Of a DNA stretch of 49,772 nucleotides, positions 34,166 to 43,550 are shown one piece after another. The stretch's first letter is position 1. Every line of letters begins with the position of its first letter. The position numbers and the translations under genes are program-made. The notes beneath the pieces are model-generated. The model did not search any database. It worked only from the letters and a program-made list of their open reading frames with translations, and was not told the DNA's origin. The DNA lies in the IMG/VR virus record IMGVR_UViG_3300025398_000029, positions 1-49,772 of that record; one strand, written 5' to 3'. The stretch is from a virus (taxonomy: Duplodnaviria > Caudoviricetes).

Positions 34166-35013
34166 GCTGACACCAAATTTGAAAGAATTCCTTGAGTGGT
34201 TGACAACGTTAAATACGAAACAATAACAATTCCAGAGCCACCGGAACCGTTGCCTATATTAGTATTAAAAACGCTGTCGCCTCCGCCACCGCCACCCGTA
34301 TTAGGTGTTGCGTTTAAGCCAGAACCGCCAACTGCCCCTCCACCCAAACCACCTGCTCCACCAGTTCCGCCACCGTCTCCGCCACCGCCACCGCCACCGT
34401 AGTAAACGGTACTGCCAGTGATGTTAGATGTTACGCCGTTTCCACCGGCTCCACCGTTGGTGGTCCCAGCGTTATTGGAACCAACATTTCCCGCACCACC
34501 GCCACCTGCGCCACCACCAACTACGGTATTTAATCCACCGTCATGGCCGCCGGGGGCGCCAGTTCCATTAGGAAAAGGATAGAAACCATAACCGCCACCG
34601 CCGCTACCGCCACCAGCAGTGCTGCTACTTCCGCTGATTCCGTTTTGGGCAACTCCGTTTCCTGAACCACCATAACCGCCGCCTCCGGCAGTTACTCCTG
34701 CAAAAGAAGAACTACCGCCATTGTTGTTTGCGCCAACGCCAGCGCCACCAAGCCCAACAACAACCGGCATACTTCCAGTAAGGGTAACGCCGCTAAGGGC
34801 AACAACGCCGCCTGCGCCACCGCCCCCACCACGACCGTTATAAGAACCTTTAGAAAAATCACCCCCACCAGAACTGCCGCCGCCAACAATGAGGACGGTT
34901 GCTCCCGATAATGTGCCTGAGCAAACAAGGGTGTCGGATTGTTTAAAGGTAATTACGGTGTAAGGACCGTTGGTAGAAACAATGCCATGTGTAGTGGTAA
35001 AAGCAAAAGCCAT
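34162..35013 (-). CDS. glycine-rich virion protein
   Basis: L.VGGG..GG, GGGGAGG, YYGGGGGG, NTGGGGGG, GGSGIVIV.Y. Confidence 0.8.
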   Translation of the reverse strand: MAFAFTTTHGIVSTNGPYTVITFKQSDTLVCSGTLSGATVLIVGGGSSGGGDFSKGSYNGRGGGGGAGGVVALSGVTLTGSMPVVVGLGGAGVGANNNGGSSSFAGVTAGGGGYGGSGNGVAQNGISGSSSTAGGGSGGGGYGFYPFPNGTGAPGGHDGGLNTVVGGGAGGGGAGNVGSNNAGTTNGGAGGNGVTSNITGSTVYYGGGGGGGDGGGTGGAGGLGGGAVGGSGLNATPNTGGGGGGDSVFNTNIGNGSGGSGIVIVSYLTLSTTQGILSNLVSA

Positions 35014-35014
35014 G

Positions 35015-37024
35015 TTATACGTAGCCTACACAACGCCATTTAGATGTTGCCCCGTTGTAAATAAATCCAACAGTAATTGGAGAAACAGTCGAACCGTTAG
35101 AAAAACCCGGCGGGGCAACTGCGCTTGATTCCGTGTTTGACCAAGACAAGGTTGCTGGAGAAGCAGAAAAATCGTAGAACCTAACAACAAGAGATTGTCC
35201 GTCTATGGCGCCCGTTGATGAAATGGTAATTGCTACCGTAAGGTTAGACGTATTGGTAATTTTAACGGAAGTATTGGAACCAACTGTTACGGTAAGCAAA
35301 CCGCTGCTAGGGACGGATGATGTACCGACCTGAGGCAAATACCCACCCTGGTAGCCTTGCGGCCCCTGCGTACCGTTTCCAGCAGCAGTTTGGTCAAGCC
35401 AAAGAAGTGTTGTGTCTGATGGGGGTACGCCAGTGTTAGTGGTAACAACGCCTTGAATACCTTGGTATCCTTGTGCTCCTTGGTAGCCCTGGTAGCCTTG
35501 TGAGCCAACTGCACCCGTAAGAAAAAGAGTATTTGGGCTACGAGTTACACCGTCACCAATTGAATAGTCAACCGTAAAAATAACGTAGGCGCTTGACGGA
35601 AACGTTCCATCTACAGTTGTCAAAATGCCTTCTGCATAGTTTGTTGTAGGCGCAGATTGAGCACAAATGCGAACTCGCTGACCAACCTGAAGAGCACCAA
35701 AGCCGTAAGGATTTCCACTGTTGAATGGAGTGGAGATTGTTAACGTTGTTCCGACAAGACTTGCCCCATAGGCAATGCCTTGATTGTTTACAACTGGCGT
35801 GTACCCAACACCTTGATATCCTTGCGGAACCGTAAAGTTAAGAACCGCTGCGGAGGAGGAGCCTGAGTTGGTTACGCTTGCTTGCGTACCTTGCGCACCC
35901 GTAGTGGTTGTTCCAACTGAAACAGTTGCCGCGGTGCCAGAAGTTCCAGCAGTACCCTGTGGACCTTGGGGGACGGAAAAGTTGAATACTGCGGCACTTT
36001 GTGAGCCAGAGTTGGTTACTGAAGCCGGCGTACCATATGGAACAGTTGTGGTTGTGCCAGCATTGACCGTTGCAGCCGCTCCTGTCGAACCTTGCGGACC
36101 AGTTGCGCCGGTAGCGCCAGTTGCGCCAGTTGCGCCAGTTACACCCTGCGGGCCAGAGAAAGCAATTTGTTGAATGGCAAACAATACAGAGTCGCCGGCA
36201 GGAACAGTCGGACCGGTTTGCGCTGGGACTGCGTAAATACTAACATTGCTTGACGATGGGGCCCAGCAAAGTTGGTAGTAATCGCCAGCGTTTGCCGGAA
36301 TGCTGAACGTTGCCGTTGCAAGAGCGGTGCCGTTAGTGCCAGAATGTGAACCTGTAATCGTTGTATAAATATTTGTTGTTGGTACGTCAACGCCGTTAAG
36401 TCGAATCCACAAGTCGGCGTTAGCAATTTGCGTGCCGCTATTGGCAAACATCACTTGGTATGTTAGGGTGTAGTTTCCAGCGTTGTTAATCTGCACGGCA
36501 GAGCCCGCAGTGGCTGCATTTGTGCCAAACGTTGTTGAGCCAGGATTAAGAAGCGTCATACCGTTGCCAAACGCGGTGTTATGAATGGCAACAAGGTTTA
36601 CAGAACTTGTAGAGCCCGTTTGGCTTGTTGTGTCATAAAATCCTGACCAGTACGCGTTTGTGCCGCCAACACCCTGTGGGCCCTGTGGGCCTTGTGGACC
36701 TTGAGTGCCGCTTCCCCCACCGCCAAAACCAATAAAACTGTGCACGATTGGCGTATTGTTGATGTTGAATGTTAACGAACAAGGGGTACCAATGGGAGGT
36801 GCAACAGAACCTGGGTATGGCAAAGGACCCCAAACCTGAGTGCCACTCAAGTTGGGGATTGTGATTGTCATATTGCCAGCAGTAATTGCGCCGTCGCCAG
36901 TGCTGACGTCGGTTTGAACTACAACACCGTAATACGTGCCTTCAAATTGGCGACCAGAGGCAAATATGTTTCCTTGCCATTTTAACTGGTGCTGTAAAAG
37001 TGTAAGTGCGTCTTGGCTTCTCAT
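35015..37024 (-). CDS. baseplate spike (gpV-like N-terminus) fused to collagen-like fibre
   Basis: Y.GVV.......IP.L......GP.PYPG...PP.G..C...F N-terminus, directly after the hub gene. GPQ/GAT/GYQ triplets and a C-terminal KWRCVGYV domain. Confidence 0.7.
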   Translation of the reverse strand: MRSQDALTLLQHQLKWQGNIFASGRQFEGTYYGVVVQTDVSTGDGAITAGNMTITIPNLSGTQVWGPLPYPGSVAPPIGTPCSLTFNINNTPIVHSFIGFGGGGSGTQGPQGPQGPQGVGGTNAYWSGFYDTTSQTGSTSSVNLVAIHNTAFGNGMTLLNPGSTTFGTNAATAGSAVQINNAGNYTLTYQVMFANSGTQIANADLWIRLNGVDVPTTNIYTTITGSHSGTNGTALATATFSIPANAGDYYQLCWAPSSSNVSIYAVPAQTGPTVPAGDSVLFAIQQIAFSGPQGVTGATGATGATGATGPQGSTGAAATVNAGTTTTVPYGTPASVTNSGSQSAAVFNFSVPQGPQGTAGTSGTAATVSVGTTTTGAQGTQASVTNSGSSSAAVLNFTVPQGYQGVGYTPVVNNQGIAYGASLVGTTLTISTPFNSGNPYGFGALQVGQRVRICAQSAPTTNYAEGILTTVDGTFPSSAYVIFTVDYSIGDGVTRSPNTLFLTGAVGSQGYQGYQGAQGYQGIQGVVTTNTGVPPSDTTLLWLDQTAAGNGTQGPQGYQGGYLPQVGTSSVPSSGLLTVTVGSNTSVKITNTSNLTVAITISSTGAIDGQSLVVRFYDFSASPATLSWSNTESSAVAPPGFSNGSTVSPITVGFIYNGATSKWRCVGYV

Positions 37025-37026
37025 TA

Positions 37027-38430
37027 TTATGTTGTCGGGGTTGCAGCGTTGGCGGATGCAATAGCGGCCCAGGCTGCGGCACTGTACGAAGTTCCAATGG
37101 GGAACGGAGCAAGGGGCTGCGAACTTGGGTCGTATACTTGACCGTATGGCATGGGCACTTGAAGAACCACGGTTGCTTGCGGACGAAAAGCGTCACGTTG
37201 CATGGAAGAAATCATCCATTGGCCGTCTGCAATGCCGCAACCGGTTATTTCAATAATTTCGCCAATGTCGAATTGCCAGTCATCTAACATGCACGTTACC
37301 GTTGCTTGTCCCAATGGCTTACCTACGTCCCAGTCAAAGTCAATCAACTGAATCTTATCATTGAACTCAGAGATAACTTGCATGTTGCTCCCCGTTGTTC
37401 CTTTAATTGCGTTGATTGGCGGAGTATTATTTTGACCAGGAAGAATACCAAGCCAAAATTCGTCGGGCCCAAAGTAAACGGTGTTAGCGTTTTCCCAAAT
37501 GCGCCAACCAATACTTGATGCGATGCGGCTAATGGCAGTCCAAGTATCTTCATAAGGGTCTGTGGTTGTGCCTCGGCCAAGGGCAACCGGAATAATTGGA
37601 ACTCCATGATTACCCGTAAGAGAATTCCAAATTTGTTTATAATCGGGGGCAACAAGAGTTATGTCAGAGTAATAACTATTTGCGGGGGCTGGGTTCAATG
37701 CTTCAACAAGGCTTTTCACAAACGGGGTTACGCCGGCACTAGTTATACTGGTAACGCTACCATTTCCTCGTTGTTGAGACAAACGGAATACCGCTTCTGA
37801 TTCAAAAATCAATTGAACTTGGTCTGATGCTTTTACAAATTGAACAAGGGTATACACCAATTTGTTGGCGCTTTGAATAATCTTTTTTGTTTTGGGGTCA
37901 ATGATGTAGTTTGATGCAGCGGCAAGAGGGCTTGAGTCAATGTAAGGGATTGTGCGGCTATTGCCCTGCCCCGCAACAATGATTGTCAAACCTTGTTTAA
38001 TTCCTTGACCGCCGCCGCCAGAGGTTCCTCCGCTGTTATTTGTGGCAGTTGCTATTTCCGCAAACGAAAGATACCCACCAGTACCTTGATTACTCCCAAG
38101 GCCGGTGCCTCGAAGAATTTGACGGGTGGGGTCAGTCAACTGGATAGTGATAGTTGAAGTGCCCAGCATGTTTTGCTGGAGAATGACGTCGGTTACAGCG
38201 TCTTCGTAGTGATACCCTAAACGTTGATAAATTTTGCCAGTTTCAGGGTCAAGGGTAACAAAATCTGCAAGGTCATTTGGGCCAAAGCCAATGCCAGTTG
38301 GAAGCGTTTGAAGTTTTAGAATAGAACTTTTGCTAACCGGGACCATTGCAGGGTTAGCCGCGACGTTGTTTGTAACGCCAGCCGTTGCGCTTTTAGCGCC
38401 AGTTTTTTTTCCTGTTGGTCTTGTAGACAT
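37027..38430 (-). CDS. baseplate hub (gpD/gp27-like)
   Basis: STITI.L.DP, EDTW.A..RIA..IGW..W....YFG, G.G.ADG.W.I. Position after the tube initiator. Confidence 0.75.
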   Translation of the reverse strand: MSTRPTGKKTGAKSATAGVTNNVAANPAMVPVSKSSILKLQTLPTGIGFGPNDLADFVTLDPETGKIYQRLGYHYEDAVTDVILQQNMLGTSTITIQLTDPTRQILRGTGLGSNQGTGGYLSFAEIATATNNSGGTSGGGGQGIKQGLTIIVAGQGNSRTIPYIDSSPLAAASNYIIDPKTKKIIQSANKLVYTLVQFVKASDQVQLIFESEAVFRLSQQRGNGSVTSITSAGVTPFVKSLVEALNPAPANSYYSDITLVAPDYKQIWNSLTGNHGVPIIPVALGRGTTTDPYEDTWTAISRIASSIGWRIWENANTVYFGPDEFWLGILPGQNNTPPINAIKGTTGSNMQVISEFNDKIQLIDFDWDVGKPLGQATVTCMLDDWQFDIGEIIEITGCGIADGQWMISSMQRDAFRPQATVVLQVPMPYGQVYDPSSQPLAPFPIGTSYSAAAWAAIASANAATPTT

Positions 38431-39200
38431 TATACCGGTATCTTAATAGTTGTCCCTGGTTTTAAAACTGTAGCATCTTTGGGGTCTCGCAAGTTGTTTA
38501 ACGTGTTGGTTGCTGCAACCCAACTGCTAAGAGTGTTGTATTTTTGAGAACTTTTGTAACCCTTGGGTCCTCGAGCGATTGTTTGAATTGTTTGATTTTG
38601 TCCAACCAAATAAGGTTTGCTGGCAATTTTTGTTTTTTGACTTGCTATTTCGGCAAAACTGGCAACGCCTGGAATTGGGCTATTAAATTCATAACAAGTA
38701 ATTTGCACGCCCTGTTGTACAATGTCTCCAGTTTGCCCATCTCGAATAGCGGCTTCTAATTGAAAAGAATACAAGTACCAGAAACGTCGTTTGGTTGAAG
38801 TTGACGTGCCTGGAACCGGACCAGAAATTGTAAACACTGGAGGTTGATACGTGTTTGGGATGGGGTCAACCCAACTAATAAGTTGTTGATACATGTCCGA
38901 AGCAGTTTTTCCATGGGGCAAGTTGCTATTGTCAAACAACAGTGTCATCTGAATCTGAAATGGCGACCGGTCGTACCATTGCGTTGCCGCAACGTTTTTT
39001 GGACGGTCAACAATTTGCCAACCACCCGAGCCCGAAACCTGACTAAGTTGCGAATCACCAATCAAGTTTCCAATAACAGCAAAATACTGAGGTGCCGCCG
39101 CGCCTTGAGGCGTAAGTTTTACTTGTGTTTTGGTGCTGGTTAATGCAGCCGGAATTGTTAGATGATGTTTTGGGTGATGGTTATTTTTTTTAGTTGCCAT
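38430..39200 (-). CDS. tail tube initiator (gpU-like) with C-terminal LysM-like domain
   Basis: GGW..V.RPK...T.W, PP...I.G. C-terminal Y.V...T...IA...N.LRDP....PG..IK.P. Confidence 0.75.
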   Translation of the reverse strand: MATKKNNHHPKHHLTIPAALTSTKTQVKLTPQGAAAPQYFAVIGNLIGDSQLSQVSGSGGWQIVDRPKNVAATQWYDRSPFQIQMTLLFDNSNLPHGKTASDMYQQLISWVDPIPNTYQPPVFTISGPVPGTSTSTKRRFWYLYSFQLEAAIRDGQTGDIVQQGVQITCYEFNSPIPGVASFAEIASQKTKIASKPYLVGQNQTIQTIARGPKGYKSSQKYNTLSSWVAATNTLNNLRDPKDATVLKPGTTIKIPV

Positions 39201-39201
39201 A

Positions 39202-42200
39202 TTACGGTTTTCCTGTCATCCCCTGTTTGATGATTCTTGAAACTGCGCCCGAAAGACCACCGTGCCCAAGAGCCGTGCTGAATGCTGTGGCCATGCCAGA
39301 CTGAGTAAGGCCAGCCGCAGTAATGGCTTTAGTAAACGATGTTTCAACAGCGGCACCGAGAGCGGTCATGTTTTGTTGATTCAAGTTATTCTTTGAAGCA
39401 ACATTTTCGGCAAGAGCAGCAGATGTTTCAGCCTGCGCCTTGAGTTTTGCAGCAGCAACTTTTAGGGCCGCTGCTGCTTGTGTGTTTCCAAGACTTGCTT
39501 GCGCCGCCGCCGCTTTTGTGTCCATTCTTGAATCAAGCGCCGATTGAATTGACATGCGTGTAAGTTTTGCATAGTCAGAAGTTGCTTGAGCAACCGTAAG
39601 GTTTTTCTTAGATGCTTCTCTTGTTAGCGAAGCAGTCGGACCATCTACGGACAATTGCGAAGCAGTTATGCTCTTGACAGTTTTCAATGCTTGAGACATT
39701 GGCATTTTTGAAATTTGATTGCTTATTGCCGATTGAGTTGATTGCGTTAGCGCAGCAATTTGAGCGGTTTTTTGCGCACCGGTCAAACTTGAATTGTTCA
39801 TAATTTTTGCAAACGCGGCTTGAGCATTTTTTGGCAACCCTGCCATTGCATCTGGATTTTGCGCAAGAAATTGCTTCATTGTTTCGTTGTTACCATACTG
39901 CAAATTTGGGTCGCCTTTAATTGCTGCAACAAATTTCCCTAAAGCGCCTTGTTCCGTTGTTAAACTTTTGTAAGTTGCAAGGTTTGCCAATTGTGCTTTT
40001 TTTGCACTTTGCGCATCACTCATGTTGCCAAACAACTTGTCTTGTTGTTGCCAATTTCTGATGTTGCCTGTATTGGTATAGAACGAAGCGTAGTCTGCCG
40101 ACGTGGCGGTGCCCGCTGCAATCTTTGCAGCAATACCTTGATTTTGCGCTTGTGCAACAAGGATTTCAGACCTCAAATCGGCCCGCCCGGTCATAACACC
40201 CGCAACAGAGATTGGCTTTGGCGCTGGGGTTTTTGGGGTGCTGCTGCTAAACAAAGAACCAAAAAGATGGCCAATGCCTCCAACCGCAGAACCAATACCC
40301 TTGGCAATGTATGGCATGAGCATAGGCCCAACAGTTGCCATGACAACTGCGCCCACTGGGCCGCCAACCACGCCGCCAACAAGGTCGCCAAGACCAGCAC
40401 CAGCAAATCGAGAAAGAAGTCCGCCACCAACTTTTTCCGCAACAGGCAGGGCTTCCTTTGCTACAAAACCAGCGGCATCGCCAGCAAGTGCAGATTCGCC
40501 CTTGCCCACAACCGCTTTTTCAGCATCAGAAAGAGCGGTGGTTTCCCCTCGTTTGAACAACTTCTTAAAGAGGTTTCCGCCACCGCCGCCGCCAACACTT
40601 TTGCTAATTCCAGCGGCCTCGAGCATTTTGTCGGCAGCCATATTCATTTTGTCGGCAGGCGTTTGCAATGAAGCAAACATACCAGTACCGCGACTAAGCG
40701 ATTCAAAAAACTTTGCAGGACCGGTTCGAGCAATGCCTTCTTCAGCGGGGCCAGCAATGCGGCCATAGAGTCGGCTGAGGGCACCGGCACCGGCACCAAA
40801 AACACGCATACCGCCTTGAAGAACGCCAGCACCCTTAATAACTAAAGCAGAGGCACCCATAATGCCAATTGCGGTAACCAATGGTACAAGAACAAACTTC
40901 ATTTTAAGAAGTCCGTCTACAACGCCCAATAAAACCTTGCTTAATTTAATAGCGGTAGGCGTAATTTCTTGACCCAACTTGACCATTTGACCCATAAAAG
41001 TTTGTTCCATGCGACGGAACTGGGCTTGTGGAGTGGCATTGGCAATAGCAAGGTCTTGATTTAATTTCTTTTCCGTTGAATTTCGGTCAATGTACGCTTG
41101 AATACCCGCAATTTCACCTGGGTGCATAATAAGGGCGTCAATGGTTGCTGAACTGCGCGAACCACCGTACGCTTTTGTAACGATAAGGTTTTGAAGGGTA
41201 TTCAACCATTGAGCACCGCTAACGGCTGTTCCATTGGCACCAGAGGTTGTGGTGCCCAAAGCAGCGGCAGACATTGAACCAAGTTTTCCAGCGGTCCATT
41301 CGTCCAAAACTTTTTGCGGAATTGTTCCGGTTGCCCATTTTTCAATTTGGGCTCGAGCGGCAGCCGCACCGGTTAGAACAACGCTTTTGCCCTGCGCGTC
41401 TTTTGTGGTAGTTGTTTCCTTGAACGCAGATGGGTTGAAGCGTTGCAAAGCCTGGTGCAAGTATTCGGCGGCAGCGGTAATTCCGCCCTTGCCCGAAAGC
41501 AACGCACCTAACTGACCGGTGCTAACGCCAATCATTGACATAGCGGCAGAACCCTGCGCACTGGGCGCGGTCATAAGCGTAAGGGCGGTTTTAGCATACT
41601 GACCAGCAGTAGAACCAGGGGTACCCAACGTGGTCAAAAGGTCTACAAATGAAGCACCACTTGATGCTGAAATATTGTGAGCAGACAACGAGGCAAGCAA
41701 CCCTCGGCCCATAGCGGAAATAAATTCCGACTGCTTAATGTCACCACCACCAACAGCAGCGTTAACCCAGGCAGCAGCCTTTTTTGGGTCGGTACCAATC
41801 CCCTGAAGGTTGGCGTTCATAATAGCGCCAATAACTCGAGCAGATTGTTCTGAAGGGGCGCCGCCGGCCACGCCGCCAAGAACGTTCAGGTTTGCAACCT
41901 GTGAAGCCATTTGCCCCAATTGCTTATTAGTGGCGCCCAGCCCACCGTTCCAACTCGCCGTGGCGGAGGAAACACGGTAAAGAATGTTGGCTACGTCAGT
42001 AAGGTGTATACCAGTGTTTTTGGCAATGTTGACGGCTTCATTGGTTAAGAAGGGGAGGCTTCCTGGCGCTCGCCCGGCTTGTGTAATGGATTGCGTTAAC
42101 GCAGCATTAAACTGAGTGTAATTTTTAATTGCTTCGTAAGCAACGCCGCCCACAGCCAATGTGCTCCAAGTTGCCGCCTTGAGAAATTCGGGAGTTCCTA

Positions 42201-42654
42201 GGCTGCTAATCTTGGAAAGAATGCTCGTTGTTTTTGCTTTTTCACCGGTAGCGGCTTTGCTGGCCGTTGCCATTTCTTCATCAGCGACAGCGGCTTCTCG
42301 AGTTGCAGAAGCGGCCTCCTTCAAAGAAGTAACAAGCAAACGCAACTCAGCAATTTCTGCCTTCATTGCGCCGGTGGCTTTTTCGGTCTCCTCGGCACCA
42401 AGCATTGTGGCAGCCGTGTTGTCTTCGGTGGCCTTAGCAGACTCATTCATAACCCTGATAAGGTCAGTCAGTTCTTTAGTTAGAACACTGGTCTGCTTTG
42501 AGTTGTCCGCCATCGTCTTGACAAGTTTGCCGCCTGTCTTGACGTTATCGCCCATTACCTTTGTAAGGTCATCTATCGACACCTGAAGGGCGTCAACGTT
42601 CTTGACGGCATCACCCGTCTGTACGTCTAGATTAAAACTAAGTTGTTCATTCAT
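39202..42654 (-). CDS. tape measure protein
   Basis: ~1150-aa A/G/T-rich helical protein after the chaperones, TP901-like core. Confidence 0.9.
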   Translation of the reverse strand: MNEQLSFNLDVQTGDAVKNVDALQVSIDDLTKVMGDNVKTGGKLVKTMADNSKQTSVLTKELTDLIRVMNESAKATEDNTAATMLGAEETEKATGAMKAEIAELRLLVTSLKEAASATREAAVADEEMATASKAATGEKAKTTSILSKISSLGTPEFLKAATWSTLAVGGVAYEAIKNYTQFNAALTQSITQAGRAPGSLPFLTNEAVNIAKNTGIHLTDVANILYRVSSATASWNGGLGATNKQLGQMASQVANLNVLGGVAGGAPSEQSARVIGAIMNANLQGIGTDPKKAAAWVNAAVGGGDIKQSEFISAMGRGLLASLSAHNISASSGASFVDLLTTLGTPGSTAGQYAKTALTLMTAPSAQGSAAMSMIGVSTGQLGALLSGKGGITAAAEYLHQALQRFNPSAFKETTTTKDAQGKSVVLTGAAAARAQIEKWATGTIPQKVLDEWTAGKLGSMSAAALGTTTSGANGTAVSGAQWLNTLQNLIVTKAYGGSRSSATIDALIMHPGEIAGIQAYIDRNSTEKKLNQDLAIANATPQAQFRRMEQTFMGQMVKLGQEITPTAIKLSKVLLGVVDGLLKMKFVLVPLVTAIGIMGASALVIKGAGVLQGGMRVFGAGAGALSRLYGRIAGPAEEGIARTGPAKFFESLSRGTGMFASLQTPADKMNMAADKMLEAAGISKSVGGGGGGNLFKKLFKRGETTALSDAEKAVVGKGESALAGDAAGFVAKEALPVAEKVGGGLLSRFAGAGLGDLVGGVVGGPVGAVVMATVGPMLMPYIAKGIGSAVGGIGHLFGSLFSSSTPKTPAPKPISVAGVMTGRADLRSEILVAQAQNQGIAAKIAAGTATSADYASFYTNTGNIRNWQQQDKLFGNMSDAQSAKKAQLANLATYKSLTTEQGALGKFVAAIKGDPNLQYGNNETMKQFLAQNPDAMAGLPKNAQAAFAKIMNNSSLTGAQKTAQIAALTQSTQSAISNQISKMPMSQALKTVKSITASQLSVDGPTASLTREASKKNLTVAQATSDYAKLTRMSIQSALDSRMDTKAAAAQASLGNTQAAAALKVAAAKLKAQAETSAALAENVASKNNLNQQNMTALGAAVETSFTKAITAAGLTQSGMATAFSTALGHGGLSGAVSRIIKQGMTGKP

Positions 42655-42670
42655 AGTTGACCTTATAAAC

Positions 42671-42701
42671 AAGAAAACCGCTACCCCCGAAGAGGTAGCG
42701 G
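42671..42701 (-). terminator. intrinsic terminator before the tape measure gene
   Basis: CCGCTACC.C-TTCG-G.GGTAGCGG-TTTTCTT. Confidence 0.75.
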
Positions 42702-42742
42702 CCATCCTGCCGCTCGAATTGGTTAGTAAGCGGGGTTAGTAG

Positions 42743-42970
42743 TTAGAAAATCTTGGCTATTGTTTTTGCAACTTCGTAGCCAATAAGTTCAGCAAGAACT
42801 TTGATTTCTTCGATTTTTTCTGAATTCTTTAATTTGATTGCACTTTGGATTACCGCCATGCTAATCAAATAATCTTCAGGGCCCTGGCTCAGTAGAGTTG
42901 TTGACTCCATGCCTAGGTAAACGGCATACCCCGCGGCTTCAACGTAGGGGTCTTCGCTCAGGGCTTTTAG
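42743..42970 (-). CDS. tail assembly chaperone, -1 frameshift extension (gpT-like)
   Basis: 75-codon frame LKALSEDPYVEAAGYAVYLG...AKIF* opens only at the gpG stop. No RBS or start codon at its 5' end. Confidence 0.7.
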   Translation of the reverse strand, partial: LKALSEDPYVEAAGYAVYLGMESTTLLSQGPEDYLISMAVIQSAIKLKNSEKIEEIKVLAELIGYEVAKTIAKIF

Positions 42971-43512
42971 AAAGTTTCGTCAGCCTCGTTGTTGGCAATG
43001 TTGCTCCAACGGAACAGACGATTGGCTGTTTCAATCAAGTCGCCCTCTGCAAAAAAGGTAGCAACTACAACATCAGTTGCGCGTGCGGCCTCGATGCCAA
43101 GAGCGTCAGCCATAACCTCGTCAAAGCGGGTCCAGGGGCTGTGTGGCTCGTTGGGACGCAAGGACAATTTATTGTCCTTGTCGCCATTCATCACGGCGTA
43201 TACGCCAATACAAGCGTCAAGAAGCATCTCAGCGTTAGCCAAAAATGACCAGTCTGTGTTCTTGTCGGCTTTAGCCTTTGCTTGATACTTCTCAATGGTG
43301 TGCCCCAACTTTGTAGCAGAGACCGGCTTGAAGCGCAAGTAAAGTTCGGGATTGTCCCAGCGGGGAACCTTAATGTCAATGTACAAGTCATTGACAATTT
43401 GTTCGCGACGCTTCTTCAATGACAAGAGGGGAGTTGTCTCAACCAATTGGTCGGCAACTTCCCCGCCTGTCACTAGAATTTCGTCCTGCCCCTCGATTTT
43501 AAAATCAACCAT
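42967..43512 (-). CDS. tail assembly chaperone (gpG-like)
   Basis: Between tube and tape measure, GGAGG RBS. Confidence 0.75.
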   Translation of the reverse strand: MVDFKIEGQDEILVTGGEVADQLVETTPLLSLKKRREQIVNDLYIDIKVPRWDNPELYLRFKPVSATKLGHTIEKYQAKAKADKNTDWSFLANAEMLLDACIGVYAVMNGDKDNKLSLRPNEPHSPWTRFDEVMADALGIEAARATDVVVATFFAEGDLIETANRLFRWSNIANNEADETF

Positions 43513-43550
43513 GTTTCCTCCAGGTTTTATTTTGTTAGTATGTTATCAGA

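Noticed and set aside
31413-37024. Diversity-generating retroelement acting on the fibre C-termini
   Set aside because: No reverse transcriptase in the window and no near-identical TR/VR pair differing only at adenines.
39991-40768. Long plus-strand ORFs opposite the tape measure gene
   Set aside because: Shadow ORFs caused by Ala/Gly codon bias.
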